This document shows positions 12,874 through 25,628 of a DNA stretch of 64,000 nucleotides, one piece after another. Origin of the DNA: Podarcis liolepis (taxonomy: Eukaryota); NCBI GenBank assembly GCA_965112155.1, contig OZ218101.1; one strand, 5' to 3'. The translations under genes and the position numbers were made by a program. The notes beneath the pieces are model-generated. The model was not told the DNA's origin and searched no databases. It worked only from the letters and a program-made list of their open reading frames with translations. Every line of letters begins with the position of its first letter. The stretch's first letter is position 1.

Positions 12874-13734
12874 GTAAGTGGTTTTTTTCATCTCACAATT
12901 GCTGACTCCAGGTGGCAGCAGGTGACTGTAGATGCCCAATTCAAAGTACACTTGCTGGGCTGTGATTTGATTTATATATCTCTAGATCATAATGGCTATC
13001 ACTATAACTGTGGTATGGTGAAGAGGCAAAAGCCCTTCTGTACAAGCAAATGTGATTGCACAGAGCTTTCACTGATAGGACTGGTTAGGTCAATCCCACC
13101 TAATGTATCCAGATTTTCAGCTAGAAGCCAAAGGAGAGCAGCAACAATTATGATGTCATAAACTCTCAACATTTCAGATGAAGTGTGCCCACAACTGGCT
13201 ATGTCTTATCTCTTAAAGAACGATTCTCAAATATCTATATTTATCATTCCCCAAAATGTTACAGATGTGATGGACATCCTTGATTCTAAACTATCAGAAC
13301 CAGTTTGTGGGCTATCACAGATTCCATATTTAACATTCATCAAAAAGGACAGGTGATCTCCTATCCTTTATGGATCTGGTGTTCAGGCTCTTGTTTTTGT
13401 TTTCTGTCAACTAAATAACTTATAAGTGCCATTGCATTTGGTCCTTTTGGTTCAGGTGCCTTCACAAAACACAGCTTCACTTGTCACCCTTCTACACCTG
13501 CAAGTCTGCATGCCCACTGCTACTTGGAAGACCCGCATCTCCAGTGGTCTCTTTGGAACCTGACAGCACCTTCATAATGTACATTTCAAATTAAATTCCT
13601 CTTCCCTGAATCCTAGGAACTGGGAAAGCAATGACACTCCTGATGAACATTCAGGGAAACTGTCCAGCAAATCTCAAATAAGATTTCTCTTGTTTACAAA
13701 GTATCTGTATTAATTTGTATTATTTTTTTTCCAG

Positions 13735-13843
13735 AACTGTTCGTCAGATGGCACAGGAACAGTTCTTCCTAATGGCTACCAGATGTTGTATGGGACAGAG
13801 ACCTCTGCTTTTCTTTATAACTCTGTTGTTCACTGTTTTAGGG
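13735..13843 (+). CDS. USP9X: USP9X exon ~27
   Basis: ttccag|AACTGTT...TTAGGG|gtaagg; [36 protein letters not shown]. Confidence 0.95.
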
Positions 13844-14835
13844 GTAAGGCATTAAAAACTCCACATTGTTACTTACACTAATGTCTATAAGAATTTCCTG
13901 CAATAGATTTTTATAGATACTTTCCAATAGCTCAGTGCAGTTAACAGATAATACTTGAAATACAGAAATTAAGATAGTATTATGTATTGCATTTGCTTTT
14001 CCTTCTGAGCCCCACATTCAGTGTTATGAGCCTCAAGCATTTTATCACTGATACCAATGTGATGATTAATTCTACAATCAACTGGAGCTGTTCCTAGCTT
14101 TGAAACCAGGCCCACAAATTGGTATACACATGAAAACATTCAAGGTGGTTTGAATTGGAGCCCTTTGAGTTGCAGCCAATTGATGTAGAAAGAAGGTTGC
14201 TTTTGCAGTAGGTCATTTTCCCCCTCTGTGCCACCAAAAGTCCCTCTGGGGGTTGGTGGACCTTCATGAAAGGTCTGGAGTGCGTTGGTGGGGCACAGTG
14301 AGAGGCGGAATTGCTGAAACTTGGGTTGAGGCAACTGACATTAATCTTGCTTTTGGATGCAACCCATTGGTTTTGTTAATTTCTTTAAATCTCCAATTAC
14401 ATTTATAATCTCCTACATTTTTGGACTGTTTGACAGATGGCTAACCTGTGATACTACAGGTATTGTTGGACTGCAACTCCCATCGGCTCCCACATGGTCA
14501 TTAGTTAGGGAGAGCATAGGTAAACTATGATGACCACCAACTTGGATGGTTTTAAAAGGGGATTTGACAGATTCATACTATCAGAGCAGTATGCACTCAG
14601 GTCATGCTTGGGGACTTTGCATAGGCCATTTGGTTGGATAGGCCAACTGTGAGAACAGGATTCTGAACTACATCGGGGGTGGGGAAGATTAACCCACAAG
14701 TTAATCTTGGGCTTCCAGGCGGTCCATTTGGCCCAACAGATTTCCCCCCGCAAATCATGGCCACCCACTCATCAGCCGTCATCACTAGCAATGTCAGCAG
14801 ATAGGTGGAAGGGCAGGATTCAATATTGCATTGGT

Positions 14836-15096
14836 TGTGCGATCCTGGTCCCAGCAGACAAGAGGATCACACCGCCTAGACATTAGGATTTAATCTCCAC
14901 ATCAGCTAACGAGCGAAGAGTAGAGATGGGAGCTAGATCCATGCAATATAAGGTATTTAAAAGGGAAAGGTGGGGGGGGGGGGAGAGATAGATCTGCAAA
15001 GGTTTTTGCAAGTCTCCTCCCCAATGTCAAGTAAAGGCAGTGTGCTGGAGAAGTCTCCATGTTGTCTTTGCTTGCAAGACCCACCTCTTCCTTACA
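14836..15096 (-). mobile_element. Possible degraded solo LTR
   Basis: TG...ACA ends; GATCCT...GAGGATCAC block resembles the end of the LTR at 51694; no matching TSD. Confidence 0.3.
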
Positions 15097-15212
15097 TGTC
15101 AAGTGATGGAGAAGGGATAAAGAGGTCGCCACTCTTGCTTTAAGAAACATTCTGTGTTGCTGTTAATGTAAATTACCTTTTCGAATTTATTCATGACCTC
15201 TTTCTCTTACAG

Positions 15213-15359
15213 AGTACTGCACGAGAACGTGCTAAGCATTCAGGGGACTACTTTACTCTATTAAGACATCTTCTTAATTATGCATACAATAGTAATATTA
15301 ATGTGCCCAATGCTGAAGTTCTGCTTAATAATGAAATAGACTGGCTGAAAAGGATTAGG
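15213..15359 (+). CDS. USP9X: USP9X exon ~28
   Basis: ttacag|AGTACT...ATTAGG|gtaagt; [25 protein letters not shown]. Confidence 0.95.
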
Positions 15360-15557
15360 GTAAGTTTTGTTGTTAGTTTTATTCATTTTACTGATCGTTT
15401 TATCTGTTAACATTTATGTTTTAGCTGCCATGCTTATATGACAGAAAGGTGAGAGCATATTTGTAATGAGTTGTAGCAGTATATATTTTCATTTTAAAGT
15501 GAGTTCCCAGAACTCGTGACACAGCGTTTTTTCTTTCTTTTTCTTTTCTTTTGTTAG

Positions 15558-15704
15558 GATGAAGTGAAAAGAACAGGAGAAACAGGTGTAGAAGAGACGA
15601 TCTTAGAAGGTCACCTTGGAGTAACAAAGGAATTATTGGCATTTCAAACTCCTGAAAAAAAGTACCATATTGGATGTGAAAAAGGAGGTGCTAATCTCAT
15701 TAAA
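15558..15704 (+). CDS. USP9X: USP9X exon ~29
   Basis: tgttag|GATGAA...ATTAAA|gtaagt; [27 protein letters not shown]. Confidence 0.95.
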
Positions 15705-16259
15705 GTAAGTAATTGCTATCTGGAAAAAACTAAAATCATAATGAAGTAGCTTGGTAAGGAGGAACTTGTAAACAAACATATAGATTTAATTAAATCTGAA
15801 TAATTTTTAGGAGAGCAGGAAATAGTTTTTATAGAAATGTACGAATTCAGTCCATCATAAAATTGCTGCTGATAATCTTGTGAGAACCCCACTTTTTAAC
15901 AAATCAAAGGCAAAAGTGAATGATGGATTATACTGTGAGATAAAGCTGGAATGCAGAATTTCTCAGTTTAACGTGAGCAAGGACTTCATTGAGGTATTGC
16001 CCAGGGCAGACAGAGTTGCATGATTTAGTATTACCATACAGTAATAGATTGGCTCAATTCAGTGTGCTACCCATTGTGGGTTTTTAAAAACATTTCCTAT
16101 GAATTTTGATCATGCTGGAGCATGGCTAAAGTATTGGAAGGGCTAGGATTGGGTGTATTGGGTATTATTGAGGGCAAGCGGGATGTTTCTTAGACTCAAG
16201 AAAATGCTGCTAGGTTTCCTTTTTGCCTTGGAATCCTTGTTCAGGCTTCTGTTCCTTCT

Positions 16260-16700
16260 AGCAGTTGACCCCCAAAGGTTTAAAGTCATGAGACATTTTG
16301 GGGTGGTAGGTAATTCTGGTTCAGGTATTGCCTGTGTGATAGAACACATTTTGCTGTATGTGTTAGACAGGCCATTAAGATCTTTGGAGGGGGCCCTTTT
16401 CTGACTGCTGCTGCTGAGTGAGACCCAGCCAAGGGCCTTCTCACCTTCCTCTGGAGGTGTGTCTTAGCATCATCAGTAAACACTTTGACAGCACATAAAC
16501 TCTTCACTCAGGCTTTCTTACTGGATTTTGAATCTTTTTGAGTTGTGGAATAATCTATTGGATTGTATTATCTTGCTGTTGTTTGAAGTTATGAGATGTG
16601 TTTGTAATTTTTTAATGTATTTCTCATTGTGTATTTTAATTGTTTATGTGTTGACCAGTTTGCTGTTTTGAATTAAAAGCAGTATATAAAAGGCAATAAA
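16260..16700 (+). mobile_element. Degraded L2-clade LINE 3' end
   Basis: TTAAGATCTT...AGGGCCTTCTC...TTCACTCAGGCTTT motifs followed by a T-rich tail. Confidence 0.5.
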
Positions 16701-16747
16701 ATTATGGATAACTTGATTTTTTTCGCTTTCCCTTTTTTGTTTTTCAG

Positions 16748-16970
16748 GAGTTAATAGATGATTTCATCTTTCCAGCCTCAAATGTTTACTTACAGTACAT
16801 GAGGAATGGAGAATTGCCCGCTGAGCAGGCCATACCAGTCTGTAGTTCGCCAGCTACCATTAATGCTGGATTTGAGTTGCTAGTAGCACTTGCAGTGGGC
16901 TGTGTCCGAAATCTCAAACAAATAGTAGATACTTTGACTGAAATGTATTATATAGGCACCGCAATAACTA
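16748..16970 (+). CDS. USP9X: USP9X exon ~30
   Basis: tttcag|GAGTTA...ATAACTA|gtaagt; [24 protein letters not shown]. Confidence 0.95.
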
Positions 16971-17596
16971 GTAAGTACTTTTCATAGATTTTATGCTCTA
17001 TTTAATATGAAGCTTATATTGATTTAAATATTTGTCAGGCTTTAGACATTATTGGAAATCAAATAATTGCATATACTTTTTGCTCTTCCAAAATGGTATT
17101 TTGTTTGATATCCAGTGATGTAGACCCATTTGAAATCAGTGACAAGTAACAAGTCCATTAATGTCATTGAGTATTCTAATTGACATTGGATATAATCATT
17201 TGTCTTTTCCTTGCAGTACTTGCCAGATATATTAATTATAATTACTAAGATGAAATGCATAGAGAATAGTATCTATGGTTGGGATGCATGCTTTGCATAT
17301 TGAAGCAGTTCCTGTATAGACATAGACATTTGTAGTAGGATTTTCCATTTCAATAAAGGATATTACTGACATCTGAGGCTGCTTCAGAGGCACCCAGTGG
17401 TCTAAGGTTGTTGTGTGTGTGTTTTTTTGGGGGGGCAGGGAAAATACATTGAAGGAGGTGTTCCCATTGGTGCAAAAACCCACCATAGATCTTTGAATCC
17501 TGTTCCATTTGTTTACAGGACTAGTATAAGCAAGCTAATAGATTTACAAATCTCTCAAGAATGCTAGTGATCTCTAAATAGTATAATTATTTAAAA

Positions 17597-17654
17597 CAGG
17601 AGTAGGCAGTGTAGTGTCCAAAACACTTGGTGGGCACCATGTTGACTATCCCTG
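17597..17654. mobile_element. Tiny hAT-type MITE remnant
   Basis: CAGGAGTAGGCA...TGACTATCCCTG imperfect TIR; flanks ATTTAAAA and ATTTAAGG (6/8 TSD). Confidence 0.5.
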
Positions 17655-17906
17655 ATTTAAGGGGTACTCAATTTTTAGCTGCTTTTTATTGTAGGCTTCA
17701 TTTTGATTAAATGCAAATATCAAATCTGAGATTTTGTGTGCCAAGGACTGGAATAAGAATATATACTTAGTAAGTCTCATTGATCAATGGAACAGGCTTT
17801 GAAATGAACTTATTCCGTACTAGGGTATTAAGTTAATGGCTGTTCAGAAGTGTATAGTTTTATTCAGAAGCTGAGCTAATTTTCTAATACAATTGATTTC
17901 TCCTAG

Positions 17907-18127
17907 CTTGTGAAGCACTAACAGAATGGGAGTATCTTCCACCTGTTGGACCACGACCACCAAAGGGATTTGTAGGGCTAAAAAATGCAGGTGCCACTTG
18001 CTACATGAATTCTGTCATTCAGCAGCTGTACATGATTCCTGCCATCCGGAATGGAATCCTTGCAATTGAAGGCACAGGAAGTGACGTAGATGATGATATG
18101 TCTGGAGATGAGAAGCAAGACAACGAG
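17907..18127 (+). CDS. USP9X: USP9X exon ~31, USP Cys box
   Basis: tcctag|CTTGTGAA...AACGAG|gtaaca; [21 protein letters not shown], catalytic Cys codon at 17999-18001. Confidence 0.97.
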
Positions 18128-18676
18128 GTAACACTATATTGTTCTTGACAAATGTTAATGTAGTTTAAGACTTTCCCTCCTCCGATAGCTCTATACTGTA
18201 TATCTAGTTATAATGGGAGATATTCAACTTTACGCATACTCAGAATTGATAATGACTTAAAGAGAAAGAAAAGGGAATTTATGGCCACTGGGGGGGGGGG
18301 AGACCATAATGTGATACTATTTGTGAAAACCGGAGAACAATTCCAAACTGGTGCAACACAATAGAATGCCCAGTATCAAAACAATTAATACTGCTATAAA
18401 TAAGCAATCAAAAGTTGGTAGTCCCATGCTGCTTTTTATTGTTTAATTAAACATAAAGATCTCAACCCATTGGGTGACACCCAAGTAAGGTCATATTCAG
18501 AGTAGTTCAATTTATTTTTGGAACTATTCTTTAATAGTGTTAGTGGTACATTTTATTTAGCTTTTTTAGTACTTAATCTGCAATTTTCTTTTATATTGAT
18601 AGCTGTAGAAAGCGTAATTTCAATAAAATGTAGCAATTTTTGAAGAATTGATGTGCTAGTTTTCTTAAGCAAAAAT

Positions 18677-18752
18677 AGTCTTACAACGCCTTAAAGACTA
18701 GCATATTGATTACGGCAGAAGCTTTTTGTTAGTCTTTAAAGTGCCATAAGAC
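18677..18752. mobile_element. Penelope-like inverted-repeat remnant
   Basis: Imperfect arms CCTTAAAGACTAGCA and TGTTAGTCTTTAAAGTGCC, similar to 40063-40180. Confidence 0.5.
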
Positions 18753-19390
18753 ACTTATTGTTGTCAATAAGAAATAACAGTAACTCTTTGGTGATGGTTA
18801 TTAATTAAAGTAACATTTCCCCCTTTTCGGTATATGAGATTTAGTAATAAGGGTCAATTATAATGGGTAATGGGATAAAAGTACAATGACAATAAATCAC
18901 CTTGATTGTATTTAATCTGAAAAAAGAGTAAAAAAAACCAAACCTCTCATGAGTCTTGTTTTTGTACATGAGTATAGATGTCCACATACATAGGTGGAAG
19001 TAAGTGGGTGCAAGATGGCTTTCTAGTCCTTTGAAAAGCCTCTCACAAGGGTAGGAGGAGCTTCCTATGCATGGCAAAGTCATGGTGTTTTGGACTTACT
19101 GAAAAAAGTAATTGGAAAAGACTGGTGTCTGTTTCCATATCTGTATAAATCGCAAGCTGAACAATCCTGTTGCTTACTTATGAGAATCTTTAGGTTGCTC
19201 ACCTGGACTTTAGAACTGAACTGCTTTAGTTGAGATTAGAACCTTCATAGGGTTTCATATGTACTTGCATTTAATCTGAGCTACTACTATTATTTTTCTA
19301 GCAGACATTACTAGGTTTTGTTCATAAGGCATATTAATTTCTATTTATTTTTTCATGCTTACCATTTATATTACATTACTTTTTTAAAAG

Positions 19391-19581
19391 AGCAATGTTG
19401 ACCCACGGGATGAAGTATTTGGCTATCCACATCAGTATGAAGATAAACCAAGCTTAAGTAAAACAGAAGACAGAAAAGAATACAACATAGGCGTATTAAG
19501 ACATCTCCAGGTCATCTTTGGTCACTTAGCAGCTTCTAGGTTACAGTACTATGTACCCAGAGGGTTTTGGAAGCAATTCAG
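19391..19581 (+). CDS. USP9X: USP9X exon ~32
   Basis: taaaag|AGCAAT...TTCAG|gtaaat; [20 protein letters not shown]...[11 protein letters not shown]. Confidence 0.95.
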
Positions 19582-19797
19582 GTAAATAGGAAATTAACTT
19601 ACGTTGAACTGTGTTTATGTGAAGTCTTATGATAGAAACAGTATATGTTTAATGAAATGCAGTGGAATTTAATATATACTCCTTAAGTGACAGTGTGATG
19701 TGTATCTTTTTAATCATGCAGAAGGCAAGGTCAGGAAACCCCAAAATCACTGTATAGATGAAAATATTGGGCTAGTTCAGACATGGGCTGAGTGGAA

Positions 19798-19990
19798 GGG
19801 CCATAGCTGAGGGGTAAGAGCACCTGCTTTGTATGCAGGCCCCAGGTTTGATCCCTGGCATCTCCAGGTACAGCTGGGAGAGACCTTAGCCTGAAACCCG
19901 GGAGAGCTGCTGCCAGTCAGTGTAGACAAGTATGTTAGATGGACCAGTGGACTGACTCAGTATAAAGCAGCTTCCTGTGTTCCTCTGTGT
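19798..19990 (+). mobile_element. tRNA-derived squamate SINE (Squam2-like)
   Basis: GGGCCATAGCTGAGGGGTAAGAGCA A box, GGTTTGATCCC B box, tail GACTCAGTATAAAGCAGCTTCC; second copy at 62485-62908. Confidence 0.8.
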
Positions 19991-20640
19991 AGGGTGTAAA
20001 TATGGCAAGAACAAGCCATATTTACCCTGCTCTGCAATAGGCAAAAGTCTTCAGTGTGAAATGGAACTTAGGCTTATACATTTCTATATGAGCAAGCCCC
20101 ACTCATGAGAGTGGTCTACTGGTGGAGGAGGTGGCTGGAGCACTCGACTAAGAGCCCAAGTTTCAGGCCCAGGTAAACAGTAATGGTTCCAGGGCCTTAA
20201 GGCTCATATCTCTAACACGCTGAACATTTAGTCTTTTTATATCTGAACTAGAGCCAGGTCATTCCCCCCCCCCCCCCCCGGTTTCAGAGTTCATCCAGTT
20301 TTGAGAATACTTTTCACATTGCCCCTCCCTCACCTCAATAAGGGGAAGGCAGTGCAAAGTGATTTGTCTATCGGAGTTCAATTTGTGGTTTCCCAAATGG
20401 GCACCGCCAGTCTGCTATCTGTGTATGCTGAGTGCCACCCCGAGTAAGCCAGAGTACTAGGTTACATATTTTAAGAGCTGTGCAGCACTTATGAGGATTG
20501 CTAGCTAATTGTAATGCTCAGCTTATATGAAGATAAATTTATATAATAGTGATGTAAAACTACTTTAATTTTTTCATGCTACTTGATTTTGCTGTTAGAA
20601 AATCTGTGTGCTTTTATTATGAGAATCTCTTCCATCCTAG

Positions 20641-20814
20641 ACTCTGGGGTGAGCCTGTAAACCTACGTGAACAGCATGATGCTTTAGAATTTTTTAACTC
20701 CTTGGTGGATAGCCTAGATGAAGCTTTAAAAGCCTTGGGTCACCCAGCAATGTTAAGTAAAGTTTTGGGAGGCTCCTTTGCTGATCAGAAGATCTGTCAA
20801 GGCTGCCCACATAG
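20641..20814 (+). CDS. USP9X: USP9X exon ~33
   Basis: tcctag|ACTCTGG...CATAG|gtaagt; [18 protein letters not shown]. Confidence 0.96.
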
Positions 20815-22034
20815 GTAAGTGTTTCTTCTCTATCATCTCATTTTCATAAAATCAAAGTAATAATGCTCATCCACTAAAAATATGCTACAAGTCTCCCATT
20901 TATGGAAAAGTACAGAGACCATTTGGGAGTGGTTCATATTAGCAAGTTACTCTAAATACAGCTGATGTAACGTTCTGAGCCATGTTGAGGAAAGTTATCA
21001 ACCAAAGTTTCAAAAAAAAATTCAGAGTCAGCTCTATGATAGCAAGACACACATTTTCTGATGTAATTAAGACGGCAGTCACCAGATGTTACATATCAGT
21101 TACATATCTGAGTATAGCCTGGTTTGTGCTGACATCCCCAGAGAAGCCTAGGCAACTCTATGGGTATGGCTGCTGACACTCAAGGCAACATGCTTTTGTG
21201 AGTCCACACTTAACGTTTGTAATTTGTCATTTGGTTTGACAAGATGGACTTGCAACAAAATGGTGCAATATGGAGCACTCCTCTTCTGGTGCCAGCCAGA
21301 CATGCCTTTATCCAGGATATTTCATTTCGTACCCACCCACCACCCACCCCAAGATGCTCATAGTTTGTGATCTTATTAGACCTTATTAATTTGGGTCGTC
21401 GTCCCCGCCCCTTAAAGAGTTTTGTCCTAAAGTCATTTTTAGAGCCTGTAATATCTCCCTATTGTACATGGATTGTACATGGACTGTTTTGGTTACAAAA
21501 GGCAACTGGAGAATGAATTTGTAATATGATCAAAATAAATACAGTACTATATCTAGAGTAAAATTTCAAAATGCTTTTTTGAAAGCTGATGCTGTGTAAA
21601 TGTTAAATAATAGTGAAGTGCCCTAAATGTTCCTTAAGTGTATTCAAAATACTAGACTTTATGATATTTTACATTTTCAGATTAAGATGTACAATACTCC
21701 CTACCAAAGGTTAAGTCCAGATTCAGAGACTGACTTGCTGCTTGGCTTGTTCACACATTACAGTTGTGGGTACTAATAGGAAGTCTTGGTGCTGGTCATC
21801 ATCCACTCGTGTCTATTGCTATTTTTCAGGACTGATAAAGTTGTTCTGAGACAGTTGAGAAAAAAATGTCATAAGCCTATTTATAACCTCTATGGAACAG
21901 ATTTCTTGAGCGTTTTGTAGACTTAAAATACACATTTTTGGTACTGTTTTCAAAACATTGCTTCAGGATGAAAATATTTTCTTGAATTCATACTGTGTCA
22001 GCATAACTTAACCTAATCTGCCAACAATTAATAG

Positions 22035-22176
22035 GTACGAATGTGAAGAATCTTTTACAACGCTGAATGTAGATATAAGAAATCACCAAAACCTGCTTGA
22101 CTCTTTGGAACAGTACGTCAAGGGAGACTTACTGGAAGGTGCAAATGCATATCATTGTGAAAAATGCAACAAGAAG
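22035..22176 (+). CDS. USP9X: USP9X exon ~34
   Basis: taatag|GTACGAA...AAGAAG|gtagct; [47 protein letters not shown]. Confidence 0.95.
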
Positions 22177-22286
22177 GTAGCTGAAATACAGCATTTTTCT
22201 TTTTTCTTTTTCTCTTTTTATAAAAAAAAACTTTGAAAATTCATATGAACGTGTCAACTATTTATTTAATTTGGGAAGACCTAATG

Positions 22287-22360
22287 CAGGCATGGCCAAA
22301 CTAGGGATAATGGGAGGTGTAGTCCCAAAACAGCTGGAGGACCAAGTTTGGCCATGCCTG
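22287..22360. mobile_element. Small hAT-type MITE
   Basis: Perfect 16-bp TIR CAGGCATGGCCAAACT / AGTTTGGCCATGCCTG; TSD not preserved. Confidence 0.7.
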
Positions 22361-22637
22361 AAACATTTTAAATGGCTTCATTGTGTAGGAGAACTGAGAG
22401 TTACAGTTACATACTTATAACCACAATTCAGGAAGGACTGTTAAAGCTGCAAACGAATCTTTTCAGTATTATATCAAATTTGTCTGTGATATGCAATGCA
22501 TAATATATTGATATATACTTGGTATATTATAGCACTTTGACAAAGAATTGTGGCAATATTTTTCACTTGCATTTGTAGTTGGCATTGATAATTTACACAG
22601 ATAGAATACATTAACATGTGAATCTTTTATCCCTTAG

Positions 22638-23388
22638 GTTGATACAGTTAAACGCTTGCTAATTAAAAAGTTGCCCCCAGTTCTTGCCATCCAACTAAAA
22701 CGATTTGACTATGACTGGGAAAGGGAATGTGCAATCAAGTTCAATGACTATTTTGAATTTCCGCGAGAGTTGGACATGGAACCTTATACAGTGGCAGGAG
22801 TAGCTAAACTAGAAGGGGATGATGTAAATCCTGAAAATCAGCTGATACAGAATGAGCAGTCTGAAAATGAACATTCTGGAAGTACTAAATACAGACTTGT
22901 TGGTGTATTGGTGCACAGTGGTCAAGCCAGTGGTGGACATTACTACTCTTACATAATTCAGAGAAATGGTGGAGATGGTGAGAAAAACAGGTGGTATAAA
23001 TTTGATGATGGTGACGTAACAGAATGCAAAATGGATGATGATGAAGAAATGAAAAATCAGTGTTTTGGTGGAGAGTACATGGGAGAAGTATTTGACCATA
23101 TGATGAAGCGCATGTCTTACAGACGTCAGAAGAGGTGGTGGAATGCTTACATTCTCTTTTATGAACGCATGGACACAGTAGACAGAGACAATGAACTAAT
23201 AAAATATATTTCAGAACTTACAATGACCACTAAACCCCATCAAATTAAAATGCCATCTGCCATTGAGCGAAGTGTACGGAAGCAAAATGTCCAGTTCATG
23301 CATAACCGAATGCAGTACAGCCTAGAATATTTCCAGTTCATAAAGAAATTACTGACTTGCAACAGTGTCTATCTAAATCCTCCTCCAG
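22638..23388 (+). CDS. USP9X: USP9X exon ~35, USP His box
   Basis: ccttag|GTTGAT...CCTCCAG|gttagt; [14 protein letters not shown] (His codon 22938-22940) and WYKFDD. Confidence 0.97.
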
Positions 23389-23943
23389 GTTAGTGTTTGG
23401 ATATTTATAATATATTTTGACAAGAGGTAGTGAAAGTACATAGCTTTTAACATTTCTCATATTTTTGTGTATCATTTTAAACATTACAAATTTGGATAAA
23501 AGACTATTATTCCTCAGGCATTTTCTAATATGTAAGAGTGATAGAAAAGACAAGGTTGCTGTTTCCTTGGTATTAAGCATTATTTACATTTGCTTAAAAA
23601 ACGTATTTGGCCGATAAATGCAACAAAAAAGATACTGGTGTCTAACTGAAGTGCTGTGGTCTGTAAGTCCAACCGTTTTATAGATCACAAGAAAAAATGT
23701 TTAGCAATGCTGGCTGACAACTTGAGTACTGAATTCTCTTAAATATCTTTCCTGGTTTTTAAAAAATAAAATTTATATACCACTTAATATAAAAAGAAAT
23801 CTCTGAGAGGTTTACATAAAATATAATAATTTTCTAATAATTTAAGATTTATATTGAGAGTCAGGTTGACAAACAACTCAGAATAATCTGTTGTATCACT
23901 TTCAAATAAATGTCTTAACATTTTGTCTTCTGTTTTTCTTTAG

Positions 23944-24067
23944 GTCAGGATCATCTGTTGCCTGAAGCAGAAGAAATAACCATGATTGGTGTTCAGCTTG
24001 CTGCTAGGTTTCTCTTTACCACAGGATTTCACACAAAGAAAATTGTCCGTGGTCCTGCCAGTGACTG
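23944..24067 (+). CDS. USP9X: USP9X exon ~36
   Basis: ctttag|GTCAGGAT...GACTG|gtatat; [32 protein letters not shown]. Confidence 0.95.
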
Positions 24068-24362
24068 GTATATTTGCCTTTAAGAAGAATTTGACTGTCA
24101 TAAGTTTTATTGTACTGATTATATGGTACAATTTAATCATTCAGAATGTGAAATAACAGTGCATTGAAACTGAGCCTCAAAACCACTGTTTCTAGTTGTT
24201 TTTAATTTGGTTAAAACTTGGGTTAATAAGGAATCCTGGTTCATATTAATCATGGTTAACAAAGCTCCTACTACTAACATGCAGTGCTAGAGTTGAAGTG
24301 TCCACCTTTATACACAAGTCTGTTTTCTGGGTATGTGATGCTGTTAATTTATTTTTTTCCAG

Positions 24363-24588
24363 GTATGATGCTTTGTGCATTCTCCTTCGTCATAGCAAGA
24401 ATGTACGTTTTTGGTTTGCGCACAATGTCCTTTTCAATGTTTCAAATCGCTTCTCCGAATACCTTTTGGAATGCCCTAGTGCTGAAGTGAGGGGAGCATT
24501 TGCAAAACTTATAGTATTTATTGCACATTTTTCATTGCAAGATGGACCATGTCCTTCACCTTTTGCTTCACCTGGACCTTCTAGTCAG
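24363..24588 (+). CDS. USP9X: USP9X exon ~37
   Basis: ttccag|GTATGAT...AGTCAG|gtatgc; [22 protein letters not shown]. Confidence 0.95.
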
Positions 24589-24694
24589 GTATGCTTTTTC
24601 TACAATCAGAATACAATAGTAGAGAGCTGTTAAATTCTATATAGTCTAAATATAAATTGATATAATAGAATTTTTGTATAATCTCCATTTAGCA

Positions 24695-25111
24695 CAGGGT
24701 GGGGAACTGTTGACCCACAAAGGCTTTTTATGTGACCTGCAAACCCCCAACACGTTTTGTGGCCACAGAAGTGTTGCTGCTTGGGCGAGGAAACACCATT
24801 GCTCACTGCTTCTCCTCCTGGCTTCCTCCACCACTTCTGCAAAATTTAATTGCTCCTTGCTTTGAGGCACTACATGTCGCTTTTATTGTAATTCCCAAGT
24901 AAACTGTCACTCCAAGAGTATTCGGTGATAATCACCTGTGCTCGGCTATCTTTAGACACCCAAGCACTCAAGAAGCAGCCGTTCCATTGGGAACTGTAAG
25001 AGAAGCCAGCTATACCTTGCAGCAAGGGGCAGGGTGAGAGAAGCCAGACCCTTGGAGGTTTGGTGGTGAGGAAGTTGCAACCCTTGGACTCAAAACAATT
25101 TCCCATCCCTG
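24695..25111. mobile_element. Old hAT-type MITE
   Basis: CAGGGTGGGGAAC ... TTTCCCATCCCTG imperfect TIR. Confidence 0.5.
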
Positions 25112-25429
25112 GTTTCAGAATTATTTATTTATTTGGTCTTTCTCCTAAGTTCTTGACTACCTTCCTGAAGGTTACTGTTTGAATTGGTCTCATATTTAGT
25201 ACCCCTGCCTCTCCCAGCTTAATCTGCTAAGTAATGTGTGATACATTCCTCTATTATTCAGTATAGGATAAAACATTTTAATCACAGAAATTTGATACAG
25301 TGAATAGTTCAGGAATTTGATATCATTAGTTCTGATAATTAAACAATAAAAGTTGCATTTCATTCTGGTTTGAGAATTTACGTTCAGCTGGTCTTTTAAT
25401 AGGCTGTAGTGAAGCAGCTTTACATGTTT

Positions 25430-25462
<33 letters not shown>

Positions 25463-25474
25463 AATAATAATAAT
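25430..25474. repeat. Compound (AAC)n(AAT)n microsatellite
   Basis: Read directly. Confidence 0.9.
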
Positions 25475-25498
25475 ATCAACCTTTGTGTTGTTTTGTAG

Positions 25499-25628
25499 GC
25501 CTATGACAATTTAAGTTTGAGTGACCATTTGCTGAGAGCAGTACTGAATCTTCTTCGAAGGGAAGTGTCAGAGCACGGGCGCCATTTGCAGCAATATTTC
25601 AACTTGTTTGTGATGTATGCCAACTTAG
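25499..25628 (+). CDS. USP9X: USP9X exon ~38
   Basis: ttgtag|GCCTAT...ACTTAG|gtaatg; [29 protein letters not shown]. Confidence 0.95.

Noticed and set aside
13640-13660. CTGATGA...GAAAC hammerhead-like spacing
   Set aside because: The intervening ACATTCAGG cannot form stem II
24068-24597. Donors GTATATTTG and GTATGCTTT resembling the U12 consensus GTATCCTTT
   Set aside because: Both miss the near-invariant CC at +5/+6 and their acceptors have ordinary pyrimidine tracts; treated as U2
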